In this document: positions 38,920 through 48,709 of the stretch, piece after piece | Layout of the letters: every line of letters begins with the position of its first letter | How positions within the stretch are numbered: the first letter of the stretch is position 1 | IMG/VR virus record: IMGVR_UViG_3300047547_000250 | Coordinates: 1 to 55,059 of that record | Source of the DNA: a virus | Lineage: Duplodnaviria > Caudoviricetes | DNA: 55,059 nucleotides | Reading direction: 5' to 3' (one strand) | The notes under the pieces: model-generated | What the model was told of the DNA's origin: nothing | What the model saw: only the letters and a program-made list of their open reading frames with translations | Databases searched by the model: none | Position numbers and translations under genes: made by a program

Positions 38920-40280
38920 TGTCATTAATAAACGCTACTTCACTTGAAGCTACTTTAGCATCTGCGATTGCAACTGTTAATGCATCTTCACTTGAAAATG
39001 TATATTCATTAATTGATGCTAATAATGTAATTAATGTTGATGCAATGTTTTATGTACAGACAGCAAATGATCTACCAGATCTTGCTACTGTACCAATTCC
39101 TAATGGTCAAATCGTATATGTAAACTCTATATCACTACATGTCATATCATGGAATTATAAGTGGATTTCATTTGATGGTAGAGTGTATAGAGATGATTCA
39201 AATGTTAATACTATTTGGAGTTGGGGCTGTGCAGGTAACGGTAGACTTGGTGACGATACTAGTTTAGACAAATCCTCTCCGGTATCAGTTGTAGGTGGAT
39301 TTACTGATTGGTGTCAAGTAAGTGTTGGTGGTAGCCATACATCTGCTGTGCGTACCAATGGTACTATCTGGGCTTGGGGACAAGGTAGTGCTGGTAAACT
39401 CGGTGATAATTCAACTACAAGCAAATCCTCACCAGTCTCTGTAGTCGGTGGATTTACTGATTGGTGTCAAGTAAGTGTTGGTGGTAGCCATACATCTGCT
39501 GTGCGTACCAATGGTACTATCTGGGCTTGGGGTAGCAATGCTGATGGTAAACTTGGTGATAACACTGCTACGTCTAAATCCTCACCAGTCTCTGTAGTCG
39601 GTGGATTTACTGATTGGTGTCAAGTAAGTGCTGGTGGTAGCCATACATCTGCTGTGCGTACCAATGGTACTATTTGGGCTTGGGGTAGCAATGAATTTGG
39701 TAAACTCGGTGATAATTCAACTACAAGCAAATCCTCACCAGTCTCTGTAGTCGGTGGATTTACTGATTGGTGTCAAGTGAGTGCTGGATGTGCACACTCA
39801 CTTGCTGTGCGTACCAATGGTACTATTTGGGCTTGGGGTAGTAATGGTGCAGGTAGACTTGGAGACAATACTACTGTATCAACCTCTTCACCAGTCTCTG
39901 TAGTCGGTGGGTTCACTGATTGGTGTCAAGTAAGCGCTGGCATTCAACACACAGCTGCTGTTCGCACTAATGGTACTATATGGACTTGGGGTAGTAATGG
40001 TGCAGGTATACTAGGTGACAATACTATTGCTAACAAATCCTCCCCAGTCTCAGTTGTCGGTGGATTCACTGACTGGTGCCAGGTAAGCGCTGGTGATTAT
40101 CACACTGCTGCTGTACGTACCAATGGTACTATTTGGACTTGGGGTAGTGGTGGTAGTGGTAGACTTGGTAGTGACACTATTACGACTAAATCATCTCCAG
40201 TCTCAGTAGTCGGTGGATTCACTGACTGGTGCCAAGTAAGCGCTGGTGTTTATCACACCGCTGCAATCCGTACCACATAA
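38919..40280 (+). CDS. RCC1-repeat beta-propeller protein, type C (C2)
   Basis: VQTANDLPDL...IPNGQIVYV...DGRVYRDD N-terminus. Confidence 0.9.
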   Translation: MSLINATSLEATLASAIATVNASSLENVYSLIDANNVINVDAMFYVQTANDLPDLATVPIPNGQIVYVNSISLHVISWNYKWISFDGRVYRDDSNVNTIWSWGCAGNGRLGDDTSLDKSSPVSVVGGFTDWCQVSVGGSHTSAVRTNGTIWAWGQGSAGKLGDNSTTSKSSPVSVVGGFTDWCQVSVGGSHTSAVRTNGTIWAWGSNADGKLGDNTATSKSSPVSVVGGFTDWCQVSAGGSHTSAVRTNGTIWAWGSNEFGKLGDNSTTSKSSPVSVVGGFTDWCQVSAGCAHSLAVRTNGTIWAWGSNGAGRLGDNTTVSTSSPVSVVGGFTDWCQVSAGIQHTAAVRTNGTIWTWGSNGAGILGDNTIANKSSPVSVVGGFTDWCQVSAGDYHTAAVRTNGTIWTWGSGGSGRLGSDTITTKSSPVSVVGGFTDWCQVSAGVYHTAAIRTT

Positions 40281-40288
40281 ATAAGTGT

Positions 40289-41632
40289 ATGACAATTAGT
40301 AACAAACACTTAATCGACAAAATCAACATAGAAATGGTTGGATCACCAACTGACATTTCTGATGTAACTGCTCTAACTAAAGCATCAATTGATGTTAGAC
40401 AAGTATTTTCTGTTGCTGACTTACAATCTTTACCAGCTGCGTTACTTAATACTGGTAGATTGGTATGGGTTCAATCTATTAAAGATTACAGATACAGTAA
40501 TGGTGTTGACTGGGTAAGAGATTTTAACAGCACAGTACATTATGAGAATACAGTTTGGGCTTGGGGGTTCGCTGCATGTGGTGCATTAGGTGATAACAGT
40601 GTTACAAACAAATCCTCCCCTGTCTCTGTAGTCGGTGGATTTACAGACTGGTGTCAAGTAAGTAGTGGATGTGCTAGCTCAGCTGCTGTACGTACCAATG
40701 GTACTATTTGGAGTTGGGGATGTGCAGGTAGTAGTCAACTTGGTGATAATACTGTAGTTAGTAGATCCTCCCCTGTCTCAGTTGTAGGTGGATTCACTGA
40801 CTGGTGCCAGGTTAATGTTGGTTTGTGTCATACAGTTGCTTTACGTACTAATGGTTCTATATGGACATGGGGTTGCAATTTAAATGGTCAACTTGGTGAC
40901 AACACTACTATAGCTAAATCCTCACCAATCTCAGTTGTTGGTGGATTCACTGATTGGTGTCAAGTAAGCGCTGGTGGTAGCCATACATCTGCTGTACGTA
41001 CCAATGGTACTATTTGGGCTTGGGGTAGCAATGCTGATGGTAGACTTGGTGACAACACTACTATAGGTAAATCCTCACCAGTCTCTGTTGTAGGTGGATT
41101 CACTGATTGGTGCCAAGTGAGTGCTGGTAGTTTACATACTGTTGCAATCCGTACCAATGGTACTATTTGGAGTTGGGGGAGTAATATCTCTGGTAGACTT
41201 GGTGACAATACTATTGTAGACAAATCATCACCAGTCTCCGTAGTCGGTGGATTCACTGACTGGTGTCAAGTGAGTACAGGTGGTTCCCACACAGCAGCAG
41301 TGAGAACTAATGGTACTATTTGGACTTGGGGATACAATGCTTGTGGTAGGCTTGGTGATAATACTGTAGTTAGTAGACCCTCTCCAGTATCTGTAGTCGG
41401 TGGATTCACTGATTGGTGTCAAGTGAGTGCTAGTAATGGTCACACCTCAGCTATTCGTACCAATGGTACTATTTGGAGTTGGGGTTGCAATGCGTCTGGT
41501 CAACTTGGAGACAATACTATTGTAGCAAAATCCTCCCCAGTCTCTGTTGCTAGTGGGTTCAGTGATTGGTGTCAGGTAAGCGCTGGTAGCAATGCTACAT
41601 TCGCAATCAAAAAGCGTCAGATTGGATTCTAA
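40289..41632 (+). CDS. RCC1-repeat beta-propeller protein, type A (A3)
   Basis: Start revised to 40289 (MTISNK...); LP....NTGRLVWV; ends QIGF; TAAATA at 40278-40283. Confidence 0.9.
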   Translation: MTISNKHLIDKINIEMVGSPTDISDVTALTKASIDVRQVFSVADLQSLPAALLNTGRLVWVQSIKDYRYSNGVDWVRDFNSTVHYENTVWAWGFAACGALGDNSVTNKSSPVSVVGGFTDWCQVSSGCASSAAVRTNGTIWSWGCAGSSQLGDNTVVSRSSPVSVVGGFTDWCQVNVGLCHTVALRTNGSIWTWGCNLNGQLGDNTTIAKSSPISVVGGFTDWCQVSAGGSHTSAVRTNGTIWAWGSNADGRLGDNTTIGKSSPVSVVGGFTDWCQVSAGSLHTVAIRTNGTIWSWGSNISGRLGDNTIVDKSSPVSVVGGFTDWCQVSTGGSHTAAVRTNGTIWTWGYNACGRLGDNTVVSRPSPVSVVGGFTDWCQVSASNGHTSAIRTNGTIWSWGCNASGQLGDNTIVAKSSPVSVASGFSDWCQVSAGSNATFAIKKRQIGF

Positions 41633-42991
41633 ATGACACTGAATATACAACAAATAGAAAAAACAATCTCTGATGCTATTGAAAAAACTTTAAATGCAAA
41701 CGATGTATTGTTATTGAGTAAATCAATTTCATTGTTGAAAACTGGTGGTGTTATTGTTGTACCATCATTTTCTAATCTACCACTAATTGATACTGTTGAA
41801 TCTGGTACATTAGCATATGTAAAGACTGACAACTTATTGTATGTAGCAGATAAGAAAGATCTGTATGCTGACTTACATATTTGGAGATCGATTCAGAAAG
41901 ATTACATTTCAACTGTTTGGGGTTGGGGTGCTAATGGTTCTGGTAGACTTGGAGACAATACTACTGTATCCAAATCCTCTCCAGTCTCAGTTGTGGGTGG
42001 GTTTACAGATTGGTGTCAAGTAAGTGCTGGTGGCAATCATTCAGCGGCTGTTCGCACCAATGGTACTATTTGGGCTTGGGGGTGTGGTAGTTCAGGTCAA
42101 CTTGGTAGTGACACTATTACGACTAAATCATCACCAGTCTCAGTAGTTGGTGGATTCACCGACTGGTGTCAAGTGAGTGGTGGATTGTTTCACACAGCTG
42201 CTGTACGTAGCAATGGTACTATTTGGAGTTGGGGTAGTGGTAGTAGTGGTCAACTTGGAGACAATACGCTTGTAACTAGATCCTCCCCAGTATCAGTTGT
42301 AGGTGGATTCACAGACTGGTGTCAAGTAAGCGCTGGTGATGCACACACAGCTGCTGTACGTAGCAATGGTACTATTTGGAGTTGGGGAATTGGTTCTTGT
42401 GGTAGGCTTGGTGACAATACTATTGTAACTAAATCATCACCTGTCTCAGTTGTTGGTGGATTCACTGATTGGTGTCAAGTAAGCGCTGGTGGTAGCCATA
42501 CATCTGCTGTTCGTACCAACGGTACTATTTGGGCATGGGGTAATAATGGGTTTGGTCAGCTTGGCAACAATGATTTTATATCCAAATCCTCCCCAGTCTC
42601 TGTAGTCGGTGGATTCACTGATTGGTGTCAAGTAAGCGCTGGTGTGTACCATACATCTGCTGTACGTACCAATGGTACTATTTGGACTTGGGGGTGTGGT
42701 ACATGTGGATTGTTAGGTAACAATTCTACTGTTAATAGATCCTCACCAGTATCAGTTGTAGGTGGATTCACTGATTGGTGTCAAGTGAGTGCTGGTAGAT
42801 GTCACACCGCTGCTGTGCGTACTAATGGTACTGTGTGGAGCTGGGGTTCTAATGAGTTTGGTAGACTAGGTGACAATACTATTGTAGACAAATCCTCCCC
42901 AGTATCAGTCGTAGGTGGATTCACTGATTGGTCCCAAGTGGGTGCTGGTGGATGTCACGCTACTGCTATTAGAAAAAGATTAATGCTATGA
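41633..42991 (+). CDS. RCC1-repeat beta-propeller protein, type B (B3)
   Basis: MTLNI..IE...FSNLPLIDTVESGTLAY N-terminus. Confidence 0.9.
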   Translation: MTLNIQQIEKTISDAIEKTLNANDVLLLSKSISLLKTGGVIVVPSFSNLPLIDTVESGTLAYVKTDNLLYVADKKDLYADLHIWRSIQKDYISTVWGWGANGSGRLGDNTTVSKSSPVSVVGGFTDWCQVSAGGNHSAAVRTNGTIWAWGCGSSGQLGSDTITTKSSPVSVVGGFTDWCQVSGGLFHTAAVRSNGTIWSWGSGSSGQLGDNTLVTRSSPVSVVGGFTDWCQVSAGDAHTAAVRSNGTIWSWGIGSCGRLGDNTIVTKSSPVSVVGGFTDWCQVSAGGSHTSAVRTNGTIWAWGNNGFGQLGNNDFISKSSPVSVVGGFTDWCQVSAGVYHTSAVRTNGTIWTWGCGTCGLLGNNSTVNRSSPVSVVGGFTDWCQVSAGRCHTAAVRTNGTVWSWGSNEFGRLGDNTIVDKSSPVSVVGGFTDWSQVGAGGCHATAIRKRLML

Positions 42992-44355
42992 ATACATTAG
43001 ATACTCAATACAACGAGTCAAGAACTCAAGAATTAATCAATACACTAACCACTTCCACTAAGGAAGGGATGTTGCTTGCTGCAATATCAACAAATGCAGT
43101 ATCAGATAATCGCCAAGTATCAGTTGCAACAGCAAATGACTTACCAGATCTGTTTCTTACAAGAATACCAGATGGTACTATTGTGTTTGTTGAAGCAATC
43201 AATATGCATGTTATTGCAAACACAGAGCGATGGATGAGCTTAGATGGTCGAGTCTACCGCAATGATGCACCTAGTAGAACGGTTTGGAGTTGGGGGTGTG
43301 CTGGTAGTGGTCAGCTTGGCGATGACACTATCGTTGATAAATCCTCACCAGTATCGGTAGTCGGTGGATTCACTGATTGGTGCCAAGTAAGCGCTGGGTG
43401 TAATCATTCAGCTGCTGTGCGCATGAATGGTACTCTGTGGGGTTGGGGTAGCGATATTAACGGTAAACTTGGTGATAATAATTCAGTATCAACATCATCC
43501 CCGGTCTCTGTAGTCGGTGGATTTACTGATTGGTGTCAAGTAAGTGCTGGAATGCCCCACTCAGCTGCTGTGCGCACCAATGGTACTATTTGGAGTTGGG
43601 GTAGCGGTGCAGATGGTAGACTTGGTGATAATACGCTTGTAACTAGATCCTCACCAGTATCAGTTGTAGGTGGATTTACTGACTGGTGTCAAGTGAGTGC
43701 TGGTGGATTTCATACTGCAGCTGTGCGTACCAATGGTACTGTGTGGAGTTGGGGTAATAATACCTCTGGTAGACTTGGTGATAATACCGCTACAGACAAA
43801 TCCTCTCCAGTCTCTGTAGTCGGTGGATTCACTGACTGGTGTCAAGTGAGTGTTGGGTATGAACATTCAACTGCTATCCGTACCAATGGTACTATATGGA
43901 GTTGGGGTCTTGGTAGTTCAGGTAGACTTGGTGACAATACTAATGTAACTAGATCCTCACCAGTATCAGTTGTAGGTGGATTCACTGACTGGTGTCAAGT
44001 TAGTGTTGGTGTTTGTCACACTGCTGCTGTGCGTACCAATGGTACTATTTGGAGTTGGGGAAATGGATGTTTTGGTATACTTGGTGACAATACTATTACA
44101 ACTAGATCCTCCCCAGTCTCAGTTGTAGGTGGATTTACTGACTGGTGCCAAGTAAGCGCTGGTAGGTGTCACACCGCTGCTGTGCGTACTAATGGTACTA
44201 TTTGGACTTGGGGTAATAATAGTAGCGGTAGACTTGGTAATGGTACAGTTACGACAAGTTCATCGCCAGTCTCTACCGTTAGCGGGTTCACTGACTGGTG
44301 CCAAGTGGGTGCTGGTGGCTTTCACTCAGTCGCATTAAGAGTAACAGACATATAA
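42988..44355 (+). CDS. RCC1-repeat beta-propeller protein, type C (C3)
   Basis: VATANDLPDL...IPDGTIVFV...DGRVYRND N-terminus. Confidence 0.9.
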   Translation: MNTLDTQYNESRTQELINTLTTSTKEGMLLAAISTNAVSDNRQVSVATANDLPDLFLTRIPDGTIVFVEAINMHVIANTERWMSLDGRVYRNDAPSRTVWSWGCAGSGQLGDDTIVDKSSPVSVVGGFTDWCQVSAGCNHSAAVRMNGTLWGWGSDINGKLGDNNSVSTSSPVSVVGGFTDWCQVSAGMPHSAAVRTNGTIWSWGSGADGRLGDNTLVTRSSPVSVVGGFTDWCQVSAGGFHTAAVRTNGTVWSWGNNTSGRLGDNTATDKSSPVSVVGGFTDWCQVSVGYEHSTAIRTNGTIWSWGLGSSGRLGDNTNVTRSSPVSVVGGFTDWCQVSVGVCHTAAVRTNGTIWSWGNGCFGILGDNTITTRSSPVSVVGGFTDWCQVSAGRCHTAAVRTNGTIWTWGNNSSGRLGNGTVTTSSSPVSTVSGFTDWCQVGAGGFHSVALRVTDI

Positions 44356-44359
44356 AATG

Positions 44360-44403
44360 TTGATTATATAGTTACAAGGTTGTAAAATACTATGTAACTA
44401 TAT
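44360..44403 (+). promoter_or_regulatory. Sigma70-like promoter overlapped by an 11-bp inverted repeat
   Basis: TTGATT 44360-44365, 17-nt spacer, TAAAAT 44383-44388. Arms ATATAGTTACA 44366-44376 / TGTAACTATAT 44393-44403. Confidence 0.6.
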
Positions 44404-44416
44404 CCAATATTTCATT

Positions 44417-45100
44417 ATGACATCTTTGAATCTAACGCCATGTAATAACATGGCAGTTGAAAACGCATACATTATCACAATAAAAAACAATGAAACATCC
44501 GAGTTTCTTTCAGCTCGATGTCAACAATCCTGCATTGAAACAAATATGCCATACAGTATATGGCAAGCATTCGATGGTACAGGCAGTGATATTAAAATCC
44601 CAGACAATCTAAAAGATGCATCTTGGTTAAAATGGTTCAAGTTGTATGAAACATTTCTTTCACCAACAGAAGTATCGTGTTACCTATCCCATCTCTCATT
44701 GTGGGTACACTGTATGGAAATTGACCAACCCATTGTGATTCTAGAACACGATGCTGTCATGGTTGCACCCTATAGAAACCATTTTGGATTCAACCAAATT
44801 GTATACCTAGGATGTTCCGAACAAGCAAAGGGATGGAATGTAACACCTATACCACCCATGGGACAAAGAAATCCAAACTACAAATTCATGCTGAGAGCAC
44901 ATGCATATGCAGTGGACCCACATTCAGCAAAAAATCTTGTTGCACACACTCTAAAATATGGTATAAATGAATCATTAGATGTTACAATGAGGGCTGACAT
45001 TTTTGGTATCATTCAAGGTGGATTATTTGCATTTGATATACCCTACCATGAATCTACCATAAACAGCAGAAAAAAACATCCAGATGGAACAGAAAGGTAA
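44417..45100 (+). CDS. Glycosyltransferase family 25-like
   Basis: AYIIT, QAFDG, E.SCYLSH.SLW..C, IVILEHDA and AHAYAV.P..AKNL motifs. Confidence 0.8.
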   Translation: MTSLNLTPCNNMAVENAYIITIKNNETSEFLSARCQQSCIETNMPYSIWQAFDGTGSDIKIPDNLKDASWLKWFKLYETFLSPTEVSCYLSHLSLWVHCMEIDQPIVILEHDAVMVAPYRNHFGFNQIVYLGCSEQAKGWNVTPIPPMGQRNPNYKFMLRAHAYAVDPHSAKNLVAHTLKYGINESLDVTMRADIFGIIQGGLFAFDIPYHESTINSRKKHPDGTER

Positions 45101-45103
45101 ACA

Positions 45104-45649
45104 ATGAAACTTAATATTGGCTCAGGTGGTACGCAATACGAAGGTTATAAAACATGTGATTATGATCCTTTAGCAGAACCAGATTTTTTGTTCAACTTAG
45201 AAACAGATCGTTTTCCCTTTGAAGATAGTACAGTCGAATCTGTTATTGCACATCATGTTTTTGAACATCTCGGTGAAGGATACTTCAATTGTTTAAAAGA
45301 GCTGTACCGAGTATGTAAACACGGTGCAATCATCGATGTTCGAGTACCACATCACCGACATGATTATTTCTTCGATGATCCTACACATCGTCGACCCATT
45401 ACTGTTGGTGGAATGCTCTTGTTCAGTAAAAAGCATAACAAGCTATGCAAAGAACAAGGTGCTGCATCATCTAGACTGGGTGACTATTTTGATGTTGACT
45501 TTGAAATTGTTCAACATGAAATTGTCCCCTCTGGTAAGTACCGTGAACAGTTTGTTGGTATGGACCGAGAAACTGTTGAATCATATCTACGTGAACACAG
45601 CAATATCATTGAAGAAGTATGGATGCAACTAGTAGTCGTCAAAGAATGA
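45104..45649 (+). CDS. Class I SAM-dependent methyltransferase
   Basis: LNIGSG, FPFEDSTVE, HVFEHL, ELYRVCK.G and DPTH motifs. Confidence 0.88.
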   Translation: MKLNIGSGGTQYEGYKTCDYDPLAEPDFLFNLETDRFPFEDSTVESVIAHHVFEHLGEGYFNCLKELYRVCKHGAIIDVRVPHHRHDYFFDDPTHRRPITVGGMLLFSKKHNKLCKEQGAASSRLGDYFDVDFEIVQHEIVPSGKYREQFVGMDRETVESYLREHSNIIEEVWMQLVVVKE

Positions 45650-47001
45650 GAAAGTTTGATGCAAACCACGCAAGTGGTATTGTAATGGACTTACTGACCA
45701 GTGAAAAACGCAAAATTGCGTTTGAAATACTGGATATGTACTATATGCACGCTGAAACACTTTCGGACTTTGACATACTAGGTGGTCTTGCTCTAAAAGC
45801 AGAACATCGTCAGTTGTATCTAAAGTGTGCAGAAGCAGCGTATACCAAAGCAGAGACATCTGAACAGTTGTATATTGCTAGATCCAATCTCTATAAAGCA
45901 TACAATGCATTGAACTATCCAGAAAAGGCATTGTTCTACATTGGTCTAAATCTCAAAGTAACACCAGATGATTTTGAGACACAGACACAACGAGCATTCA
46001 ACCTAGCATTGCAAGGAAATCGTCGAGAGTCAGAGGATATTCTGTCTGGACTTGCAGTCAAGTTTCCTGATAGAGCAAAAGATCTTAAAAGTGCATTCTC
46101 TGGTAAAATGTTACGCAATGGCAATACAGCAGAAGGCATTTTATCATTCATTGAAACATTTAAACCCAAGAATGTACTGTTTGATGATGTCTTAAAAATG
46201 AAACGTTGGGATGGTATTCCTCGTCCAGGAAAAACAATCTATGTCGATGGTGAAGGTGGCATTGGTGATGAAATCATTAACATCCGTTTCTTTAAGCATC
46301 TTGAAGATCTAGGAATGAAACCAATTCTATATTCTGCTTGGTCTGAATATAGAAAAGATACTATTGAGTTTTTCAAACGAAATGGATTTGAGGTTACTAC
46401 CGATAAAATTACAGTTGATAGAACACAGCTATGGGTACCAATGATGTCCTTACCAGGATATCTTAACCTAACTGAAAATCAACTATGGTATGGTCCATAT
46501 CTAACACCACAACGAAAGAATCAATTAAAATTTCCAAATGTGAAATTAAAAATTGGTATCAAATGCTCAGGTAATCCATATTTCAGCCAAGACGAATATC
46601 GAAAAATCGATATTGATAAAATGTTGGAGTATCTACCCATTGATAACAACCAAGTATGTGTCTATTACATTGACAAACAACCATTAAGTGATTTAAAGTT
46701 TCCAGTAGTTGACTTATCTCCAAATATAAAATCATGGGAAGATACATTAGACATCATTGACCAAATGGATGTTATTGTGAGCTCATGTACGAGCTTGGTG
46801 CATGCAGCAGGTGCAATGGGTAAAGAAACTCATGTGATTGTTCCAATCGCTGAATACTATATATGGTCAACTACAAGCAAAACAACTCGTAGTCCTTGGT
46901 ATGGTGAAAACTTTCATGTACATAAGCAAACAAAGGTTAGAAGTTGGGATGAGCCACTTCAAGAAGTGTCTATAGTATTAAACAAATTGATTGAGAAATA
47001 A
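45646..47001 (+). CDS. TPR-like helical region plus GT-B (GT9-like) glycosyltransferase
   Basis: Helical N-terminus, then RWDG...GKTI....EGGIGDEI...RF, PMMSLP and D.IVSSCTSLVHAAGAMGK. Start revised to the ATGA overlap. Confidence 0.8.
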   Translation: MRKFDANHASGIVMDLLTSEKRKIAFEILDMYYMHAETLSDFDILGGLALKAEHRQLYLKCAEAAYTKAETSEQLYIARSNLYKAYNALNYPEKALFYIGLNLKVTPDDFETQTQRAFNLALQGNRRESEDILSGLAVKFPDRAKDLKSAFSGKMLRNGNTAEGILSFIETFKPKNVLFDDVLKMKRWDGIPRPGKTIYVDGEGGIGDEIINIRFFKHLEDLGMKPILYSAWSEYRKDTIEFFKRNGFEVTTDKITVDRTQLWVPMMSLPGYLNLTENQLWYGPYLTPQRKNQLKFPNVKLKIGIKCSGNPYFSQDEYRKIDIDKMLEYLPIDNNQVCVYYIDKQPLSDLKFPVVDLSPNIKSWEDTLDIIDQMDVIVSSCTSLVHAAGAMGKETHVIVPIAEYYIWSTTSKTTRSPWYGENFHVHKQTKVRSWDEPLQEVSIVLNKLIEK

Positions 47002-47774
47002 TGAACAAACAATATCATTTTATCACGGGGTTGCCACGGTCTGGTTCAACTCTATTAAGTTCTATTCTGCGACAAAACCCTAGATTTCATGCATCTATTA
47101 CTGACCCATTGGCCAGCTTAGTGCGTGGTGTTACAGATGAATGTCAGAATGGACCTGGAATGAAGAGTGAGGTTCCAATACAACGTCGACGCAACCTTAT
47201 AACCGGTCTTGTCAACGGTTTCTATCAAGATGTAGACAGTCCTGTTATTTTCAATACAAACCGTGCGTGGACGCTTCTCGCAGGTCTGACAGCGGATGTC
47301 TTTCCACAGTCAAAACTGATTGTATGTGTTCGTGATATCAAATGGGTACTTGATAGTTTTGAAGTTGCACATCGACGCAACCCATTGTCTAAAAATACAG
47401 TAACTGGTGGCAATGAAGGTACAGTTTACTCTCGAGTAGAAAATCTAATGACAGAACAAGGTGTTGTTGGATTCCCATACGTTGGCATTAAACAAGCTAT
47501 TACTGGACCTGAGAAGAAAAACCTAATTCTGATTGAATACGATGAGTTGTGTAAGAACCCCAAGCAAACACTCAAAGCAATCTATTCATTCATCGGTGAA
47601 GAATACTTTGAGCATGACTTTGATTCAGTAGAAGCATCGTGGGATGAGTACGATTCTGAAATCGGTATCAAGCTGCACGATGTTAGAAAAAAGGTAGAGT
47701 ATAAACCTCGAAACTTCATACTTCCACCTGACATATTAAGTAAGTACAACAACATGGAAGTTTGGAGATATTAA
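47001..47774 (+). CDS. Sulfotransferase
   Basis: 5'-PSB loop GLPRSGSTLL, 3'-PB motif VCVRD...VLDS, and I.YDELC.NP. Confidence 0.9.
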   Translation: MNKQYHFITGLPRSGSTLLSSILRQNPRFHASITDPLASLVRGVTDECQNGPGMKSEVPIQRRRNLITGLVNGFYQDVDSPVIFNTNRAWTLLAGLTADVFPQSKLIVCVRDIKWVLDSFEVAHRRNPLSKNTVTGGNEGTVYSRVENLMTEQGVVGFPYVGIKQAITGPEKKNLILIEYDELCKNPKQTLKAIYSFIGEEYFEHDFDSVEASWDEYDSEIGIKLHDVRKKVEYKPRNFILPPDILSKYNNMEVWRY

Positions 47775-47776
47775 AC

Positions 47777-48709
47777 GTGAATACAACATTTGTTATCAAC
47801 GGCGGTGCCGGTCGAGTTCTAACAGCTATTCCAGCACTAGAAAAATTTGCAAGATTGAATCCCGATAACGACTTCAAAGTCCTTGTCTATGGATGGGAAA
47901 ATTTGTACTGGAACCATCCAGTTCTACAGAAGCGGACGTTTGGTGCAGTTGGAAAAGGTACATTCGATTTGTTCATCAAAAACAATGAACTGATTGTTCC
48001 AGAGCCCTATCTACAACATGCATACTATAATCAACACCTATCGCTTGCAGAAGCATTTGATGTAGATATTAATAAGACAAATGACCACACAGATATCAAT
48101 AAACCAAACTTATACATCAGCACATACGAACAGATTAATATCAGACGTATTATTGCTGAGCTGAAGGAACAGCATAAAAAGAATAAGTTGGTTATTGTCC
48201 AGCCCTATGGTTCCACAATGACAATGAACAATGGTAGGCCATTTGATACAAGCCATCGAAGTATTGACGTTGATGACTACATTCGATTGATTTCCAAGAT
48301 TGATAAGAATGCATTGGTTGTGTATTTTGGTAATCCAGAATTTAGACATCCAGCAGATGATATTACACCTAACTTAAATCACTTCAACCCAGATTTGCGC
48401 ATGTTTATGTCGTTTATCTCTGAATGCGATTACTTTGTTGGTTGTGATAGTGTTGGACAGCACATGGCTAGAGCTTTCAATAAACCAGGTTCAATTATCA
48501 TGGGTTCTACATTTGAAAAAAATGTATCTTATCCTGATCACTTTAGAATTCTACGAAAGAAAGGCTTTGCACCAACATACAGCCCATTGAGGCTACCAGG
48601 TGTTGATGGAGATTTCGCTGATCGTTCGAACGATGGTATCATGTCCTTCAGCGAAACTGAAATCAATGAATTTGCAAACATCATTAATTTAGATCTAAAT
48701 GAGTGCTGA
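47777..48709 (+). CDS. GT9-like (heptosyltransferase-type) glycosyltransferase
   Basis: GGAGRVL.AIPAL, IVQPYGS and CDYFVGCDS..QHMARAFNKP motifs. GTG start with GGAG RBS. Confidence 0.75.
   Translation: MNTTFVINGGAGRVLTAIPALEKFARLNPDNDFKVLVYGWENLYWNHPVLQKRTFGAVGKGTFDLFIKNNELIVPEPYLQHAYYNQHLSLAEAFDVDINKTNDHTDINKPNLYISTYEQINIRRIIAELKEQHKKNKLVIVQPYGSTMTMNNGRPFDTSHRSIDVDDYIRLISKIDKNALVVYFGNPEFRHPADDITPNLNHFNPDLRMFMSFISECDYFVGCDSVGQHMARAFNKPGSIIMGSTFEKNVSYPDHFRILRKKGFAPTYSPLRLPGVDGDFADRSNDGIMSFSETEINEFANIINLDLNEC

Larger units (their letters stand above)
31785..44340 (+). repeat. About 63 copies of a ~153-bp coding repeat (RCC1 blade)
   Basis: Core GGTGGATT[CT]AC[TAC]GA[CT]TGGTG[TC]CAAGT recurs every ~153 nt within each of the nine genes. 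Confidence 0.95.

Noticed and set aside
32364-43866. Recurrent minus-strand ORFs (MNPPTTETG..., TWHQSVNPP...) and short alternative-frame ORFs
   Set aside because: These are shadows of the repetitive plus-strand genes, with no independent start signals.
31785-44340. CRISPR-like array of conserved repeats with variable spacers
   Set aside because: The repeats are in-frame coding units of 153 nt that vary at synonymous positions; no cas genes are present.
31522-44355. Diversity-generating retroelement acting on the RCC1 genes
   Set aside because: No reverse transcriptase, Avd or non-coding template repeat in the window. Variation occurs in every blade and is not evidently adenine-specific. 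A remote DGR elsewhere in the genome cannot be excluded.
31522-44355. The whole array being an assembly artefact
   Set aside because: All nine N-termini and junctions are unique, frames are intact and start/stop coupling is coherent. Local blade chimeras remain possible.
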